In this document: piece after piece, positions 59,769-64,000 of the stretch | How positions within the stretch are numbered: position 1 is the first letter of the stretch | Layout of the letters: every line of letters begins with the position of its first letter | Origin: an uncultured candidate division Zixibacteria bacterium | GTDB lineage: Bacteria; Zixibacteria; MSB-5A5; UBA10806; 4484-95 | Assembly: GCA_963668625.2 (NCBI GenBank) | Contig: CAXXKA010000001.1 | Span: 612,582 to 676,581 of the forward strand | Direction: 5' to 3' | Length of the DNA stretch: 64,000 nucleotides | The notes under the pieces: model-generated | The model's database searches: none | Told to the model about the DNA's origin: nothing | Seen by the model: only the letters and a program-made list of their open reading frames with translations | Translations under genes and position numbers: made by a program

Positions 59769-60479
59769 ATGCAGGAAGTCTTAAACTCACTATTGAATTT
59801 ACAGGAAATTGATGAGGATCTCGGCGAGTTGGATAGATCTAAAGTCTATCTCCCCGAAATGATTCAAAACATCAATAAGGAAATCGAGGAGTTCGAAAGG
59901 GAACTACTTGAAAATCGAGAGACATTCAACGAATCGAAAACCAGGCAAGCGCAGTTAGAGCTAGAAATCAAGACTGACAAGACCGATCTCGAAAAGTATC
60001 AGGAGCAGATGAAAGTTATCAAAACCAACAAAGAGTATGATGCTTTAGTCGCCGAGATCGACGAGAAAAAACAACGGATCAGCGACAGCGAGGATGAGGT
60101 GTTGAAACTCATGAACGTAATCGATGAGGCCACCGAGAAAATCGAGGAACTGGAGAAAAAACTGGTCGAGACTAAAGCCAGCAACGAAACCCAGTTGGAT
60201 CATCTGAGGGCCGAGTTGGAAGCGTTGGAAATGAAAATCAACGAAAAAAAGAAGGAACGTCTGGGTGTGGCCAAAACGGTTGACCGCAGAGCCTTGACCA
60301 CCTACGAGCGTATACGTAAAGGCAAAGGCGGCCTGGCAGTAGTGCCGCTTCGCAAACGTGCCTGTGGTGGATGTTTCAAGCAAATTCCACCGCAGATGGT
60401 TCAACAGATTCGTCGCGGCGACCGCCTGTATACCTGTGATAGTTGCGGTCGTATATTAATTTGGATCGATGAGGATTAA
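59769..60479 (+). CDS. Coiled-coil C4-type zinc-ribbon protein (DUF164/zf-RING_7)
   Basis: LQEID, long coiled coil, NKEY.AL..E, YERIR and CGGC...CDSCGRIL motifs. Confidence 0.9.
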   Translation: MQEVLNSLLNLQEIDEDLGELDRSKVYLPEMIQNINKEIEEFERELLENRETFNESKTRQAQLELEIKTDKTDLEKYQEQMKVIKTNKEYDALVAEIDEKKQRISDSEDEVLKLMNVIDEATEKIEELEKKLVETKASNETQLDHLRAELEALEMKINEKKKERLGVAKTVDRRALTTYERIRKGKGGLAVVPLRKRACGGCFKQIPPQMVQQIRRGDRLYTCDSCGRILIWIDED

Positions 60480-60557
60480 GAACTTTAATAATTAGACGAT
60501 ATAGATTACACGCCGGCATTATGCCGGTTTTTTTTCAGTAAGAATATGAGGAGATGA

Positions 60558-62018
<1,461 letters not shown>

Positions 62019-62038
62019 TCCCGCTGGGATGCAATTTT

Positions 62039-62140
62039 CCCTCGTTACGAAGCGCTGCTTCGTAACGCCGCTTGCCAGCGCAATACAGATATTACTGCCA
62101 AATCAAACAAGGTTCTAAAACGGCGCTTCGGAACCAGAGG
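62039..62140 (+). repeat. REP/REPIN-like element
   Basis: CTCGTTACGAAGCGCTGCTTCGTAACG plus a degenerate second palindrome ending GGAACCAG. Confidence 0.75.
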
Positions 62141-62495
62141 GAAAATAGGACATCTGCCGGCCACAACGAATCGCCGACATATACAGTATAATAGTTATAG
62201 CTAATACTGAATGTCATCTCTACGGAGGTCCCGTAGGGATGCCTTATGGTACAGAGATACAGTACGGCCTTTTTGTTCGACCAAGCTGATTATCCATGTG
62301 GTTTGCGATTGTAATATCCTGCGCGGGTTAGTCCCTATCCAGGCAGGCAATCCCCGAGTAGGATTGACCTGCATTTAGCAATATTTTATAATAAACCTTG
62401 TAAGATTTTGATAGTATCGTAAATTATATTATTGAGTCTGTGTTAATTTTTAGGCTATATTGAAAACTTTAATAATCTAAAACTCCGGGGGAGTT

Positions 62496-62968
62496 ATGTC
62501 TTATCACAAATCAGTTTTATCGTTAGTATTGGTTTTTATACTCACCGCAACAGCATCCGCCACAATTATCAACATCCCTGATAATTACACCACAATACAG
62601 GAGGGCATAGATAGCAGCTCTGATGGCGATACGGTTTTAGTGCAGCCGGGGATTTATGTGGAGAATATCAATTTCAACGGGCATAATATCGTGCTGGGTT
62701 CGTTGTTTTTGACTATGAGGGATACAAGCTATATTGAGCAGACTGTTATTGATGGGGGATACTTCGGGTAGTGTGGTGACTTTTGAGAACGGTGAAGATA
62801 GCACAACGGTAATTACCGGTTTTACAATTACAAATGGCAAAGCCCATCTTGGAGGCGGGATACATTGCAACAACTCAAGTGTAGTTATAACTGATAATTA
62901 TATCACATTTAATATAGCCAGAGGAAGATGGGAAGGCGAGTACTATTATACTGGTAAAGGGGGAGGTA
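62496..62968 (+). pseudogene. Disrupted secreted beta-helix protein (paralog of 15222-16433)
   Basis: TIQEGID...DTVLVQPGIYVENI continues as DTSGSVVTFENGE...GFTITNG only after removing one G from the G-run near 62754; truncated by IS3 at 62969. Confidence 0.8.
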
Positions 62969-63043
62969 TGAGGTTTCCCCCAAAAACTGGACAATTGTTT
63001 AAGGTGGTATTAAATTAGTAGAAATGTCCAGAAAGGGTAATTG

Positions 63044-63328
63044 ATGAAGCGAAGTCGATACAGCGGGGAGCTTAAAGCAAAAGTAGCCATAGAGGCCATT
63101 CGCGGTCAGAAGACCGTTAATCAGATAGCCTCGGAATACGAAGTACACCCTAATCAGGTTGGTATGTGGAAGAAGCAGGCTTTACAGTCTCTCCCGGAAG
63201 CCTTTTCTAACGGCAAGGCCAAGTTGCGGGAGGATGAGCAAGCCAGGATGGATGCTCTCTATCAGGAGATTGGTAAGCTTCAGGTGGAGTTGGCATTTCT
63301 AAAAAAAAGGAGCGGGCGTCTCGCCTGA
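63044..63328 (+). CDS. IS3 transposase OrfA (HTH)
   Basis: KAKVAIEA...T..QIA..YEVHPNQV..WK and LYQEIGKL motifs. Confidence 0.9.
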   Translation: MKRSRYSGELKAKVAIEAIRGQKTVNQIASEYEVHPNQVGMWKKQALQSLPEAFSNGKAKLREDEQARMDALYQEIGKLQVELAFLKKRSGRLA

Positions 63329-64000
63329 GGATTTGAGGAATCTGGTGGAACGATCAAACCCGGACATTTCAATTAGCCGTCAGTGCCAGCTTTTGGGGCT
63401 TCCCCGTTCAAGCTACTACTACCGGCTTACTGGGGAAAGCGATTTGAACCTGACACTTATGCGTCTGCTTGACGATCAATATACCAGGACCCCGTTTTAC
63501 GGCAGTCCTAAGATGACACTCTGTCTAAAGTCTCAGGGATATGATATAAATCACAAGCGGGTTGAACGTCTGATGAGGATTATGGGTCTTCAAGCTGTTT
63601 ACCCTAAACCAAATACGAGCAAGCCTTGTCCGTCTAACAAGATATATCCGTATCTTTTACGCGATGTCCTGATTGATCATGTTGACCAGGTCTGGAGCGC
63701 CGATATCACGTATATTCGTCTTAGCCGGGGCTTTCTCTATCTGGCGGCAGTGATTGATTGGTTCTCGCGTTACGTTCTTGCCTGGCGTTTGTCCAATACT
63801 CTTGAGAGCTCTTTCTGCGTGGAGGCATTGGAGGAATCGTTGGATGGCAAACAGCCGGAGATATTCAACAGCGATCAGGGAACACAGTTACCGACAAGGA
63901 TTTCACCGGTGTACTGCAAGACAAGCGGATCGCTATCAGCATGGACGGTCGCGGTCGGTATCTTGACAATATTTTTGTCGAGCGTCTGTGGAGATCGGTC
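63303..64000 (+). pseudogene. IS3 transposase OrfB (DDE) with an internal frameshift
   Basis: ISRQCQLL, WSADITY, DWFSR and FNSDQG in one frame; TDKDF...SMDGRG...DNIFVERLWRSV in another after about 63889. Confidence 0.8.

Larger units (their letters stand above)
62969..64000 (+). mobile_element. IS3-family insertion sequence (runs off the window)
   Basis: TG-starting left end TGAGGTTTCCCCCAAAAACTGGACA followed by orfA and orfB. Confidence 0.9.

Overview
Bacterial chromosomal window, mostly housekeeping and envelope genes. FCB-superphylum-like (possibly Zixibacteria-related); this is inferred only from NYPNPFN-type C-terminal sorting domains, tandem GWxTD proteins and an exbB-exbD-exbD-tonB operon. 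Core content: acyl-CoA dehydrogenase with a B12-binding subunit, fetAB-like ABC pair, ilvE-rpiB-glyA, pyrR-pyrB-pyrC, mtnA, rplM-rpsI-rpsB-tsf-pyrH-frr-uppS-cdsA, three ABC exporters, a Ton-motor locus with an extra ExbD-TonB pair, an RsbU-like phosphatase, two tRNAs and guaB. The most striking signal is an apparently intact IS1111-type (IS110 family) element at 10237-11687. Its ends, AG core and circle-junction promoter can be read from the sequence. Its 3' non-coding end folds into two repeated guide loops whose guides match the reconstructed target and donor sites, consistent with a natural bridge/seek RNA. The target guides also match a REP-like hairpin at 451-476. Other signals: a 255-bp MITE (14-bp TIRs, 9-bp TSD) carrying a REP doublet; a second, truncated copy flanked by an 87-bp duplication; a candidate sigma-54-driven ~70-nt sRNA with an anti-Shine-Dalgarno loop; an AT-rich glucuronyl C5-epimerase-like lipoprotein; and an IS3 inserted into a secreted-protein pseudogene. 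All folds and alignments were done by eye and no database searches were run.
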